64,000 nt of DNA. Origin: Candidatus Poribacteria bacterium (GTDB lineage: Bacteria > Poribacteria > WGA-4E > WGA-3G). The stretch spans positions 3,852,272-3,916,271 of the forward strand of contig OZ242349.1 of the NCBI GenBank assembly GCA_965208635.1, written 5' to 3'. The position numbers and the translations under genes were made by a program. The notes under the pieces were generated by a model that was given only the letters and a program-made list of their open reading frames with translations, did no database searches and was not told where the DNA came from. How positions within the stretch are numbered: position 1 is the first letter of the stretch; each line of letters begins with the position of its first letter. Positions 37,407 to 47,860 of this stretch are shown piece after piece.

Positions 37407-37487
37407 TTCGTTTGCTTGAGAGGCTCTTCGGCTTTGAAACGTCGGGGAGAGTTCTATCCTTTCATCCTTCCATATCTGTTTTAAGAT

Positions 37488-39506
37488 TTAAAATTTCCCA
37501 AAAACACGCACAAAAATTTCCATGTAGTTCTGATCGTTCACATCCCCGATGGCGCGCTGATCTATGTAACGTGCGCCGATATGCAGAAACATTCGCTTCT
37601 CGTAAGCGACAAAACTCTTTTCCATTTCAGCCAACAACGCCTGACGAACAAAATCGTTATCATTGTCAAGCATATCGTTGAACAGGAGAATTTGACCACC
37701 ACCGGTGAGTTTGATGGTTTTCGTGAATTGATAGACGACCTTCAGGATAAGAGCCGAAGCCATATCCCGTACATTCGCACGTTCAATTTCGCGTAATCGA
37801 AATCGACGAGAGACATCCCTACCCTCAATTTCCCCAGCTAAGGACAGATATTCAAGCCGATCCTCCGCCATTCGGAAGCCGTTGCGAACGGTGGTTTTGA
37901 ACATCGGACTGATTTCCAGCGACTTGGAGGGACGCAAACGGTACAGGGTTTTGAAGATGCCGACCTCGTAATGTTTATTGTCCTTTTCGAAATCGTAGTC
38001 GTATTGAATTTTGGCGCGAGCTGTCGTGACCATCCGTTCAATTCCCAAATATTCATACGTGAGCTTGGCAGTGTTAATCAGGTCGTTCTGCATCAGCAAT
38101 GGATCTCTGCGCCGTTTTTCAACTTCGGTGCCGCCATCAATATAGAAAAACTGTACTCCCCCATCCCTCTCCAGTTTCCGAATTTCCGGCTGCGCCCGAT
38201 ACAATGCTTCCTCCGTTCCACTCAGAAATCCAGCATAATACCACGTCTCATCAGGAATCCGATCTTTCACCAATTTCAATTCGTTCTCGAAAACAAGTGA
38301 AGAGGCACGGGCAAGTTCTTTCCGATAAATCAGATTGGTAAACGCTTTTGTTGAAGATGGCGTATTCCTAAGTCTGAGATTTTCTTCGATCTGCAATCCA
38401 AGATCTAAATCAACGACACTTGCCTGATGAGTCAGTTTACGGTTCATGAAAAGACGTATCCCTTGCAGTCCAACATCGAATTCGTAATTCGGATCCTGAT
38501 CGTTCTCTTCCTCATCCCGGATGCCGTTGTTGTTTAGATCGCTTTCGTCTAAGAAATCCTCATCGACATCGAAAAGTAGAATGTCATCCTCGTAGTCGAA
38601 GATACCGTTGTTATTTTTATCAAGGTCACCGGGAATAATTAGGGAGGGTGGGTCGAGCGGTGTGTTATCGGAGTAGCGATCCTGGTCATCGTTATCGCCG
38701 ACGGATCGGGAGGCGTCAAACCGTGGACCAACGCGATACGCTTCCGCCTGAAAGATCGTATCCCCAACGGTTTGGAATGCTTTGAGAACTGTTGTCGTTG
38801 CATCGAAACGTGAACTTAAGTTTTTCTGCAACGCACTCTTCGGTGTAACAGCCAATTCTGCTTTTACACCGTAGTTGGTGAAATTGGTTTCCAGATCTAC
38901 CGCCCATACCGGTGTCTCTCGGAAGTACCAGGAGAGTCCTAATTGGGATCTACCAAACTTTGTAACTTCACGCAAACCGATACCAGATTTTTCGCCTCTT
39001 CCTTCACGTCCATTCAGTCGATTGAGCAAACCGGGCACCATTAGGATTGTCCAATCGGTGCGATTCGAGCGGACCTCCCAACGAACACCGCTTAGGTCGA
39101 TCTGATCGAAGGTGAATTTCGTGAAGGTCGTCGGGACCTCTCCGAGACTCAAAATATTTTTCACACTGCCTGCGGTTTCCTCAATTACCATGACACTATG
39201 GAAGCCGCGCCGAAAGAGACGGTCAAAATCGAAACTGTCTTGCCTAACACGCTCCTCCTCTGTATCCGCGAGGAAGTTCCGTCTATTTGTGAAATCGTAT
39301 TCGACACGTCCGGATAGGAATAACTTACCAAATAGGCTGTACGCATCCTCTGCCTCAGCGCGGAATGCGAGAGAGCAACAGAGTAAGACCTTCAACAGCA
39401 AAAGCAGACTTTTAACAGGAAAACGAGCACGGGTTCGGGACTTTTGGTTATCTGTCTTTGTTTCCATAAATTCGCTTTCACATAGTTGCCAATTGCCAGC
39501 CATCAA
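37488..39506 (-). CDS. outer-membrane beta-barrel protein with Asp-rich calcium-binding (thrombospondin-3-like) loops
   Basis: Signal peptide from the internal Met 'MKTDNQK...'. 'DKNNNGIFDYEDD...DLNNNGIRDEEENDQD'. C-terminal aromatic '...RVFGKF'. 672 aa. Confidence 0.5.
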   Translation of the reverse strand: MMAGNWQLCESEFMETKTDNQKSRTRARFPVKSLLLLLKVLLCCSLAFRAEAEDAYSLFGKLFLSGRVEYDFTNRRNFLADTEEERVRQDSFDFDRLFRRGFHSVMVIEETAGSVKNILSLGEVPTTFTKFTFDQIDLSGVRWEVRSNRTDWTILMVPGLLNRLNGREGRGEKSGIGLREVTKFGRSQLGLSWYFRETPVWAVDLETNFTNYGVKAELAVTPKSALQKNLSSRFDATTTVLKAFQTVGDTIFQAEAYRVGPRFDASRSVGDNDDQDRYSDNTPLDPPSLIIPGDLDKNNNGIFDYEDDILLFDVDEDFLDESDLNNNGIRDEEENDQDPNYEFDVGLQGIRLFMNRKLTHQASVVDLDLGLQIEENLRLRNTPSSTKAFTNLIYRKELARASSLVFENELKLVKDRIPDETWYYAGFLSGTEEALYRAQPEIRKLERDGGVQFFYIDGGTEVEKRRRDPLLMQNDLINTAKLTYEYLGIERMVTTARAKIQYDYDFEKDNKHYEVGIFKTLYRLRPSKSLEISPMFKTTVRNGFRMAEDRLEYLSLAGEIEGRDVSRRFRLREIERANVRDMASALILKVVYQFTKTIKLTGGGQILLFNDMLDNDNDFVRQALLAEMEKSFVAYEKRMFLHIGARYIDQRAIGDVNDQNYMEIFVRVFGKF

Positions 39507-39576
39507 GGACCAAAAACATCCGTAAAATGATAATCTCTTAACTGAAAACCGATAACTGAAAACTGATAACCATCCT

Positions 39577-42500
39577 TCACCTCAAAATATCCTCGGGTCC
39601 ATGGGATTCTGTGAAGGTTGTCCAGATACCTGTGCGTTTATCGTAACGGCTCAATCCACGATAGGTTCCGAACCAGACGAACGGACTATCTACAGCCATC
39701 GAAAGGATACCGTTATGTGCTAAGCCGTCCTCTCGGGTGTAAGTCGTCCAACTATTCGTCAACTGATCAAACCGACTGACCCCAGCATTGTAGGTGCCAA
39801 TCCAGACTTCAGTGCCATCAACACCTATAGAGGTAACTTTGTTGCTGGCAAGTCCATCTGCTGTCGTATAGTCAGCCCAAACCTCTGTCTTTTCGTTGTA
39901 GAGTGTCACACCGCGGTCGCTGCCAAACCAGACATTGTCGCCAGCAATCACGATACAACTCACTTCATCACTCGCAAGTCCATCTTCCACTGTTATCGTC
40001 TTCCAGATATCCCGACCGATGTCATATTGACTGACACCCCTGCGTGTCCCGACCCAGACGTGTTTCTTACTTGCCGTGATACACCAAATTTGATCGGTAA
40101 CCAACGATTCAGCAAACTCTTTAGACACAGCAGAAGGCTGGATTTCAGTGCCCGATGTGTAGGTAATCCATGCATTGCGATCATCCGCTGTGCGGGGGTA
40201 CTTTCCGATCCCAGAATTAGTGCCAACCCAGATACTATCGGCATCGCTACTCACAGAAGTTATATTGTTGGCGGGCAGTCCATGCTCAGTTTTGTACTGA
40301 TCCCACCGCAGGGCTATCTTATCAAAGCGATTCGCCCCGTCGCGTGTCCCAACCCAGACGTATTGGTCATCGACCATAATAGAACTCACAACGTCATCGG
40401 AGAGGCAGTCTTTCTTTTTCCGTCTATGTCGGTGCCAGTGCCCTCCATGGGTTTCTATGTTTTCGGAGCCACCTTCCTGCCGATAATTCTTCCATGTCCC
40501 CAGGATCTTGTCGTAGCGTGACATACCTTTATCCGTACCGACCCAGACGAAACGCTCATCTGTATCTACCGTCCGAATAGTGCGTCCAACGAGGGTCGGT
40601 AGTGCCGTCAACGGGGTCCAAGATTCTTTCTGTTTGTCATAACGGGAAAGTCCACGCAACGTACCCACCCATACATAGTCCTCATCCACTGCGAGCCCAT
40701 ACTCACCCACATGGTTATGGAGCAGCCCTTTGATATCTCTAAACCTTGCCCAAGTCCCAGAGGCAAAATGAAAGCGTCGAAGCCCATCGTTGGGGGCAGC
40801 TAACCACAGATAATCGTCATCGGCTGCCAGCTCAAGCGTTCCACGTCCGGATCTGATCGTCGTCCATTCCTTTGTGCGCCTGTCGTATCGGGTAACACCT
40901 GCATCCTCCCAAGGTCTGTAGAGTATCCATACATCTTTTTCTGTAGCGATAATACGTCTAATCGTCCTTGAAGCCAGCACGTCATTCGTCGAAAATGTCG
41001 TCCATTTCTTTGTCTTTTTATCGTATCGCGACAACGGACGGTTGCTATCTCTATCCCATTCCGAGCGCGCAACCCAGATGAAATCATCATCTACAGTAAT
41101 CCACTCCGCGCCTCTGCCTGCCAATCCGTCTCTCGGTCCAAAATCTTTCCATTCACCCGTGATTTCATTGTACTGAGTCAGGGTCCGCCCGGATCCAAAC
41201 CAGACGTTCGGTCCATCGACCCCAAGTGCATTCAATCGCTCAATCTGAGTCCCTTCATCAGGAGCGACCACATCCCATGTCCCAGTCGCTTTACTATAAT
41301 GGCTCAATTCCAAACCTATCATCGGGATGACCCAAACACTCTGTTCACTCACAGCAATCTTGTCTACATCGTTTGTAGAAAGACCATCCTCTGTCGTAAA
41401 ATGTTGCCATGTATCCGAAGTTTTATCGTAACGGAGAACCCCATAGTCCGTTGTGAACCAGACTGCATCCGTGTCAATATGCGTCCAACGGATAAGTGTC
41501 ATGGCTCTTTTCTGCGTAGACTGCAGAATGTCTACGCGCGTGAAACGCCGCCATGTCTCTGTTGAACGATGAAACCGGACAAGAGCACCGTTCGGCGAAG
41601 CCCCCCAGCTATTGAGCCAGATGTAATCCCCATCAAACTTGATGTTTGAGACCAATGTTTCAAGGAACGGCTCCCGTACCGGCCGAGATTGATGTAGAAC
41701 CTCTCTTCCATTTTGTGAGTCATATTCGACGAGTCCTGTATCTGTCGCCAACCAAAGTGTTCCGTCTGCATCACACAGAATGTCGCGAATGTTATACGGC
41801 ACATTTGAGAGAGAATTCCAAGAATCAGAAGCAATCGTGTAACTTCCCAGTCCCTGTGGTGTGCCGATCCAGAGAATCCCATCTTGAAAGGCAAGTGCGG
41901 TGACATTCGGCGACGGCAATTGGTCATTAAAGGACAGTGGGACCCAACGCTGACGGGTCTTGTCATATCTTGCAAGACCGCGGCGTGTTCCCGCCCAAAG
42001 TGTCTGTTCTCGGGGATCGGTTTGTAACTCTGAATCAGTGGAAAGTAGCACATTAACGTACGGATTCGGAAGACCATCGGCAACACGGTGCATCTGCTTA
42101 TCGACGATTGCGTATTGCAAAACACCTTCCGCGCCGCCAAACCAGACTTTCTCATCGTGAGCAAGCACGGCTAATATAAGCGGATTTTTCGGCGTGTCCG
42201 GTGGTGTCAGTTGTGTCCATTCCTGCGCTGTTGTATCGTACACGGCAGGACCGAAACTTGTACCAACCCAGACCCGGTGATTCTGTGATGCAGTGCCAGT
42301 ATCAACTGATGTCACAAAAGCTTCGCCTTGTGTCTGTGTTCGAGGTGGGACATGAAATGTCCACTCTTCCTCTAAATATGCTCGCGTGCCAAGCCCTCGA
42401 TCGCTCCCAATCCAGACCTGGGCATCGCCATTGTTTAGGATTTCGTCAGTGGTGTCCTGTTCCGATTCAGAAGGTTGAGACGTAAAATTGATTGACGTAA

Positions 42501-43851
42501 TATAGGGAGTCGGCAGCCCATCTTCCTTGGAAATGATTTCCCAGTTACGTGTTTGAGGAGAGTAAACCGAAATTCCGGCAACTGTTGCTAACCAAAGGTT
42601 TCCATCGGGATCACGTGTTAGATAGCGAACATCGTTATCGGCGAGAAAATCGGCTTGTTTATATATTGTCCACTCGCCGCTCACTTTATCAAATCGGCTC
42701 ACACCATCCTCTTTGCTCGCAAACCAGACATCATTACCTTGTGTGGTAATCCAACTGATATGATTACTCGCCAATCCATCTGCCTTGGTATAATGCACCC
42801 ATGTGTTGACAGGCTTAATGAATCGATGGACACCCGCATTGGCAGTTCCGAACCAGACCTGGAACCCATCTGCACGAATACAGGAGATAATATTGCTTTT
42901 CAACAGATCTGTTTTCGTATATGTTTTGATGAACGTCTGGTCAACTTGATTGTACTGACTGACACCCTCCTTCTGCGTGCCAAACCAAACACTATCGTCG
43001 TCCACCGCAATCGTAGCGATTTCGCTGTCTATCAAACCATCTGATTTCGTATAGTTATTCCAAGAATCGGTGTCTCGATGGTAACGACTTACCCCACCTC
43101 TGCTGAACCTCGGATCTTCATCCCATCCATGTGGATCTGGGTTTATTTCTCTACCGGTGCCGACCCAAACATACTCCGGCTCAACGGCGATGGTTGTAAT
43201 TACTTTGCTGACTAAGCCGTCCTTCCGGGTACGCACCGCCCAACTGTCAATCGTTTTATCGTAACGATTCAATCCCTCGGATGTCCCAAACCACACGTAG
43301 TTCCCGTCCACCGCAATTGAGGAAACTTGGTCACTTGCTAATCCATCGATGGTTCGGAAGGTCGTAAAAGTGTTTGTTTGCATATCGTAGCGGCTTACAC
43401 CTTCATCCGTGGCAAACCAGACCCATTGCCCATCAACCGCGACGGCATTCACCATATCGTTCGACAACCCATCTTCCATCGTATAATGGATCCATTTATC
43501 CTGCTGGCGGTCCCAGCGAGAAACACCCCGCGCCGTTGCAATCCATACATTGTCTAAATCTGCTGCAATACAATTGACCTCGTTGCTGACGAGCGTTCGT
43601 TCTATGGGCCACGCCTTCGCAAGCTCCGTGCCTGTTTTGGAGCCATCATGAGGAAGACCAGATTGTGGATCGCTGGTTACCAATGGACCGCACCCGACAA
43701 TCATAAAGAAGGGCAGCAGTAAGGTACATGCTATTGAAGCAACGCACAAAGGTTGGCATTTGAATTCAGCAATCCAAGACTTACTTCTATCTGCTCGCTT
43801 CATTGTTTCCACCGTTTCCCTTTCACCCAAGTGTGAATCTCGCAATCTCAA
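39577..43851 (-). CDS. giant lipoprotein made of ~25 two-component-regulator-propeller (Y_Y_Y/Reg_prop) repeats, with no kinase or output domain
   Basis: Lipobox 'MIVGCG'. Reiterated 'VW(I/F)GT..G(L/V)SRYD..T..W' blades throughout. Lys/His-rich insert 'HGGHWHRHRRKKKD'. 1424 aa. Confidence 0.6.
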   Translation of the reverse strand: MRLRDSHLGERETVETMKRADRSKSWIAEFKCQPLCVASIACTLLLPFFMIVGCGPLVTSDPQSGLPHDGSKTGTELAKAWPIERTLVSNEVNCIAADLDNVWIATARGVSRWDRQQDKWIHYTMEDGLSNDMVNAVAVDGQWVWFATDEGVSRYDMQTNTFTTFRTIDGLASDQVSSIAVDGNYVWFGTSEGLNRYDKTIDSWAVRTRKDGLVSKVITTIAVEPEYVWVGTGREINPDPHGWDEDPRFSRGGVSRYHRDTDSWNNYTKSDGLIDSEIATIAVDDDSVWFGTQKEGVSQYNQVDQTFIKTYTKTDLLKSNIISCIRADGFQVWFGTANAGVHRFIKPVNTWVHYTKADGLASNHISWITTQGNDVWFASKEDGVSRFDKVSGEWTIYKQADFLADNDVRYLTRDPDGNLWLATVAGISVYSPQTRNWEIISKEDGLPTPYITSINFTSQPSESEQDTTDEILNNGDAQVWIGSDRGLGTRAYLEEEWTFHVPPRTQTQGEAFVTSVDTGTASQNHRVWVGTSFGPAVYDTTAQEWTQLTPPDTPKNPLILAVLAHDEKVWFGGAEGVLQYAIVDKQMHRVADGLPNPYVNVLLSTDSELQTDPREQTLWAGTRRGLARYDKTRQRWVPLSFNDQLPSPNVTALAFQDGILWIGTPQGLGSYTIASDSWNSLSNVPYNIRDILCDADGTLWLATDTGLVEYDSQNGREVLHQSRPVREPFLETLVSNIKFDGDYIWLNSWGASPNGALVRFHRSTETWRRFTRVDILQSTQKRAMTLIRWTHIDTDAVWFTTDYGVLRYDKTSDTWQHFTTEDGLSTNDVDKIAVSEQSVWVIPMIGLELSHYSKATGTWDVVAPDEGTQIERLNALGVDGPNVWFGSGRTLTQYNEITGEWKDFGPRDGLAGRGAEWITVDDDFIWVARSEWDRDSNRPLSRYDKKTKKWTTFSTNDVLASRTIRRIIATEKDVWILYRPWEDAGVTRYDRRTKEWTTIRSGRGTLELAADDDYLWLAAPNDGLRRFHFASGTWARFRDIKGLLHNHVGEYGLAVDEDYVWVGTLRGLSRYDKQKESWTPLTALPTLVGRTIRTVDTDERFVWVGTDKGMSRYDKILGTWKNYRQEGGSENIETHGGHWHRHRRKKKDCLSDDVVSSIMVDDQYVWVGTRDGANRFDKIALRWDQYKTEHGLPANNITSVSSDADSIWVGTNSGIGKYPRTADDRNAWITYTSGTEIQPSAVSKEFAESLVTDQIWCITASKKHVWVGTRRGVSQYDIGRDIWKTITVEDGLASDEVSCIVIAGDNVWFGSDRGVTLYNEKTEVWADYTTADGLASNKVTSIGVDGTEVWIGTYNAGVSRFDQLTNSWTTYTREDGLAHNGILSMAVDSPFVWFGTYRGLSRYDKRTGIWTTFTESHGPEDILR

Positions 43852-44201
43852 GACTGTTTTCGTTAGTTTGTATTATTATGCCATTAAAACACTGCATAAG
43901 CAAGAAAAGCGTAATTACAGTCGCGCACATTCATTTTCAATTATCGTGATTCGGAGATCGTTTTATGAATTGTTATTGTTGCTGATCTTTACATGAAACG
44001 CTATACAGGTATCTATAACTATGTGACGTATATTATTGGAGCACCCCTTAAAAAAGTTACACAAATTTGACGTCGCCTCTAAGCAATTTTGGAATATCTG
44101 CCCATTAAAAGTATTTGACAAAAATCCCCAAATGCCCTACAGTGGACCCCAAAAGAGAGAACGAGTACTTTAAACTGACTACACCGATGGAGATATTCAT
44201 C

Positions 44202-45227
44202 ATGCCTTATGGAGACAACGACTGGCTCGCTTTAACCGAAGAACCCACGCTGGAACCAGAGTTACCAATCTGTGACCCACACCACCATTTTTGGGATTTC
44301 CGAACCGAGCGTATCCCTTACCAACGGTATCTACTCCACGAGTTGATCGCAGATATTAATAGTGGCCACAACGTGCGTTCTACTGTGTTCGTTGAGGCGA
44401 GAGCCATGTACCGCGCCGATGGACCCGAAGAGATGCGTCCTGTCGGTGAAGTCGAATTTGTGCAAGGACTCGCAGCTGCGAGCGCGAGTGGGTTATATGG
44501 CGAAAGTCGTGCCGCCGCTGCAATTGTCGGACACGCGAACCTGAACTTGGGGGAGCGCGTCGAGCCGGTTCTGGAAGCCTTACAAGCCGCGAGTCCGAAT
44601 CGGTTTCGGGGTATCCGTCATTCTGTTACTTGGGATCCACACCCAGAAATAGCAGGGGCTTCCGCTTACAGAACGGAAAGACAACTCGCGCGTGAGGATT
44701 TCCGGGCTGGGGCACGTGTGCTGGCAAGCATGGGAATGTCTTTTGAGGCATGGATGTACGCGCCACAACTATCGGAACTCGCTGATTTCGCGAGAGCCAC
44801 CCCCGATCTGACGATTATTTCAAACCATATCGGTGGTTTGCTGCGGGACGGTCCCTATGGGGGCAGAGATGATGAAGTGTTGGCGAATTGGCGGAGCGGT
44901 ATCGCTGCGATAGCCGCTTGTCCCAATGTTCACATGAAACTCGGAGGTATTGGAATGCCGCGTACCGGTTTCGATTGGCATGAACGGGAACAACCGATCG
45001 GATCTGAAGAGTTAGCCGAGTCTATGGCACCTTTCATGAATTACTGTATTGAGCAGTTCGGTCCGGAGCGATGCATGTTTGAAAGCAACTTCCCAGTTGA
45101 TAAAGTCTCGTTCTCTTACAACGTGATGTACAATGCGTTCAAACGGTTGTCATCTGGCTACTCAGATGACGAACGCGCATTGCTATTCCACGACACCGCC
45201 GCTCGCGTATATCGCGTAGATGTTTAA
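44202..45227 (+). CDS. amidohydrolase-2 family metal-dependent TIM-barrel hydrolase
   Basis: 'CDPHHHFWDF' is an N-terminal PF04909 signature. Start placed at the ATG that has a GGAG SD. The ORF track starts at 44115. Confidence 0.65.
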   Translation: MPYGDNDWLALTEEPTLEPELPICDPHHHFWDFRTERIPYQRYLLHELIADINSGHNVRSTVFVEARAMYRADGPEEMRPVGEVEFVQGLAAASASGLYGESRAAAAIVGHANLNLGERVEPVLEALQAASPNRFRGIRHSVTWDPHPEIAGASAYRTERQLAREDFRAGARVLASMGMSFEAWMYAPQLSELADFARATPDLTIISNHIGGLLRDGPYGGRDDEVLANWRSGIAAIAACPNVHMKLGGIGMPRTGFDWHEREQPIGSEELAESMAPFMNYCIEQFGPERCMFESNFPVDKVSFSYNVMYNAFKRLSSGYSDDERALLFHDTAARVYRVDV

Positions 45228-45288
45228 GGCAATAGGGCGAGGCAAATGAATCTAAATCACCTACCCCGCCCTACAAATCATCTCATCC

Positions 45289-47697
45289 TTATTCGCCTTG
45301 AATCAGCTTGAATTTATGCGCCGCTTCCTCTACCCCGACAAATCGACTGTAAATCGCAACACGGCTCAACTTACCTTCCCAGTTCCTACCGCCACTCGCC
45401 TCGTCACCGAAAAGCAACGGATAGCGTTCCCAGTTGCTGAAATCCCCTTGCGTCCCGTTACTCACGTGGACAAGTTCACCATCGATATAGCAATAGACGT
45501 TCCGGTCAAAATAACTGACGATGACATGGATCGGTTTTCCCGATTCAATCTTACCGAAATGAAACTCACCGCCTAACGCATTCGTCCCGGTCCGCGGTGT
45601 GCGGATTCTCACTGCGAAACGGCTGCCATCTTGCCCAAAGGTAAAGTTCCGATGGGTAGCGTCATTCGAGAACGAAATAATCCGCGCGGGACCGTCCTGA
45701 TCCAAGTTATCCGTCGTAACGAGACACTCAAGCGTCAATTGGTTACTCCTCTGACATGCCTCCAGAAGTTTATCGTTCACGTTTTTGGTAAGGAATGCAC
45801 CACCAATGAGATCCATCTGGCCATCTTCACCGACTTTCGCATTACCAAGCGGTTCAATCTCCCCGTTATCCTCAAGCGCGCCATGCCAGAGAAAAACAAG
45901 CCCATCACGCGAGCCGGGGAATTTCGTGTGCGTTCCGATATCAGTCGGTGCCTCCGGTGATACATGGATTGCGAGGGATGTCGTTGCTGTGTCTCCCTCC
46001 GGGTCCATCACCGTGAGTGTTACGATGTATTGTCCGAGACTTTCGTAGACATGCGTCGGATTCGATTCAGTGGACGTTGTTCCGTCTCCGAAAGTCCAGT
46101 GGTGCGCCAGATCCCCTGCCGCTGAGAAATTCACTATAAGCGGGGCACTGCCTTGAAGGACATCGGCGGACGCTTTCGCCTCCGGACGGAGTTTCTCACC
46201 TGGCGAGTATGGTGTAAAGCGATACGCAACACCGTTATACGGCGAAGCGAATGTATGTTCTCCGGGGTGTGCCGTCCCAACAGGGATAATCTTCATGTTC
46301 CATGTATCCACGCGATCGACTTTATAGGGTTGTTCTCCTTCCAAGTCCAGTGTTATTGTTTGTGGTTCGGTTGTGTATGCGAGATAATACTCCCCCTGTT
46401 TGGCAAGGATATATCGTCCTGTTTCATCGCCAATCGGTTCAAGCGTATCAAAGGCTGGCGCGCTTGCTATGAAGTCTTTGAGATACGCGATCCGCGGTGG
46501 ACTCTCACCGCAGAGCACGCCACCTTTCGCCCACCACAGTAGATCTTCTGGGTGTTTGTATGTTTCTCCGTGTCCGACATAGCAACCGGAAACAGTGCCT
46601 GCCCAAAAGTGCTGGACCATCTCTTCCGCGGTGATATTTCCCCATCCCTGTGGAATATCGCCTTCGTAGCGACACTCGTCATAGATAACAGGTTTTCCGT
46701 ATTGCGTGCGATAGCGGATACCTTGTGCCATGTTAGACGTTTGGATACTGGTATGTGTTACCCACGGTTTGCTGTGGTCATACCAACGTCTACCATTGTG
46801 AATGCCACGTAAACGCTGATATGGGTCACGATCTCGAATAATCTGGAAGAACCGATCCCAGTCGGATTCCTCTTTCGCAGGCATAAAGTCGTACTCATTC
46901 GCAAGGGACCACCAGACGTTACGGAACGCCGCCAGTCGCGCAACGGCGTAGCGGATGTACCGATCATCGTTCTCGGCATCCATGTACTCAAAACCCCATC
47001 GGTCATAGGTATGGAAGAGAATGATGTCCGCTTCAATACCGAGTTCCAAGAGGTCTCGCACCCGTTGTTCAAAATGCTGCCAGAATTCAGGGTTGAATCT
47101 GGTGAAATCCCAATCCTTCAGCGGTTTCCCTTCAAATGGATAGTAGATCGGATCGTTTTTATTGTAAACGTAGTCCTTTGGGAAGATGCACATCCGCATT
47201 TTGTTGAAGGGTGCCTTCGTAAGGGTTTCGAGCGTCTGTTTTTCCATCGCTTCCCCCTGATGTGCCCAGGCATAACAGGTCGTTCCGAATTGATGGTAGG
47301 GTCTGCCATCGGCATAGCGGAGATAGAAATCTTTATAGACGTGAACCGGTCCGTGATTTCCCTCGGATGGCGCAACGCACGTAAACTGTCCTGTCTTACC
47401 GTTGAGTTCAGCGATGTTACTCTTTGTGGTATACGTCCATTCACCAACTGCATCGGGCATAAATCGAATTTTGTAAATCCCGTTTCCGTCGTAGAATCCC
47501 TGAGGCTCAAAAATCCGATCGTTCTGTTTAAATTCTGCTGTCAATTCAATCTCAGTGAACGGATTACCTGTGTCCGGTCCATTCAAAGTTACTTCATATA
47601 TTCCCCAACGTTCAACCATATTCACCTCTAAGTCTTGTGCATTCGCGAGCGAGAACGCAACCGCAAAAATCACTATAGGTAAGATCTTTCTCGTCAT
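45289..47697 (-). CDS. secreted glycoside-hydrolase-like protein (DUF4038-type TIM barrel) with PKD and LamG-like domains
   Basis: Signal peptide. 'WWSLANEYDF', PKD domain 'WTFGDGTTSTESNPTHVYESLGQYIVTLTVMD', C-terminal concanavalin-like region. 802 aa. Confidence 0.45.
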   Translation of the reverse strand: MTRKILPIVIFAVAFSLANAQDLEVNMVERWGIYEVTLNGPDTGNPFTEIELTAEFKQNDRIFEPQGFYDGNGIYKIRFMPDAVGEWTYTTKSNIAELNGKTGQFTCVAPSEGNHGPVHVYKDFYLRYADGRPYHQFGTTCYAWAHQGEAMEKQTLETLTKAPFNKMRMCIFPKDYVYNKNDPIYYPFEGKPLKDWDFTRFNPEFWQHFEQRVRDLLELGIEADIILFHTYDRWGFEYMDAENDDRYIRYAVARLAAFRNVWWSLANEYDFMPAKEESDWDRFFQIIRDRDPYQRLRGIHNGRRWYDHSKPWVTHTSIQTSNMAQGIRYRTQYGKPVIYDECRYEGDIPQGWGNITAEEMVQHFWAGTVSGCYVGHGETYKHPEDLLWWAKGGVLCGESPPRIAYLKDFIASAPAFDTLEPIGDETGRYILAKQGEYYLAYTTEPQTITLDLEGEQPYKVDRVDTWNMKIIPVGTAHPGEHTFASPYNGVAYRFTPYSPGEKLRPEAKASADVLQGSAPLIVNFSAAGDLAHHWTFGDGTTSTESNPTHVYESLGQYIVTLTVMDPEGDTATTSLAIHVSPEAPTDIGTHTKFPGSRDGLVFLWHGALEDNGEIEPLGNAKVGEDGQMDLIGGAFLTKNVNDKLLEACQRSNQLTLECLVTTDNLDQDGPARIISFSNDATHRNFTFGQDGSRFAVRIRTPRTGTNALGGEFHFGKIESGKPIHVIVSYFDRNVYCYIDGELVHVSNGTQGDFSNWERYPLLFGDEASGGRNWEGKLSRVAIYSRFVGVEEAAHKFKLIQGE

Positions 47698-47860
47698 TAA
47701 GTGCCTCCGTAAGCGCAGAAAAAAGTTGTCAATTTCACAGAAAGGTTATATGATATCCATAGAGTTCTCCTTGTGTGAGGGTTTAGGTTATCTCGTTATA
47801 CCAAAGCGGTTCTTTTTCTGCCATATTTTTATGGAATTCACGCTTTGAAAGGATATTCAA

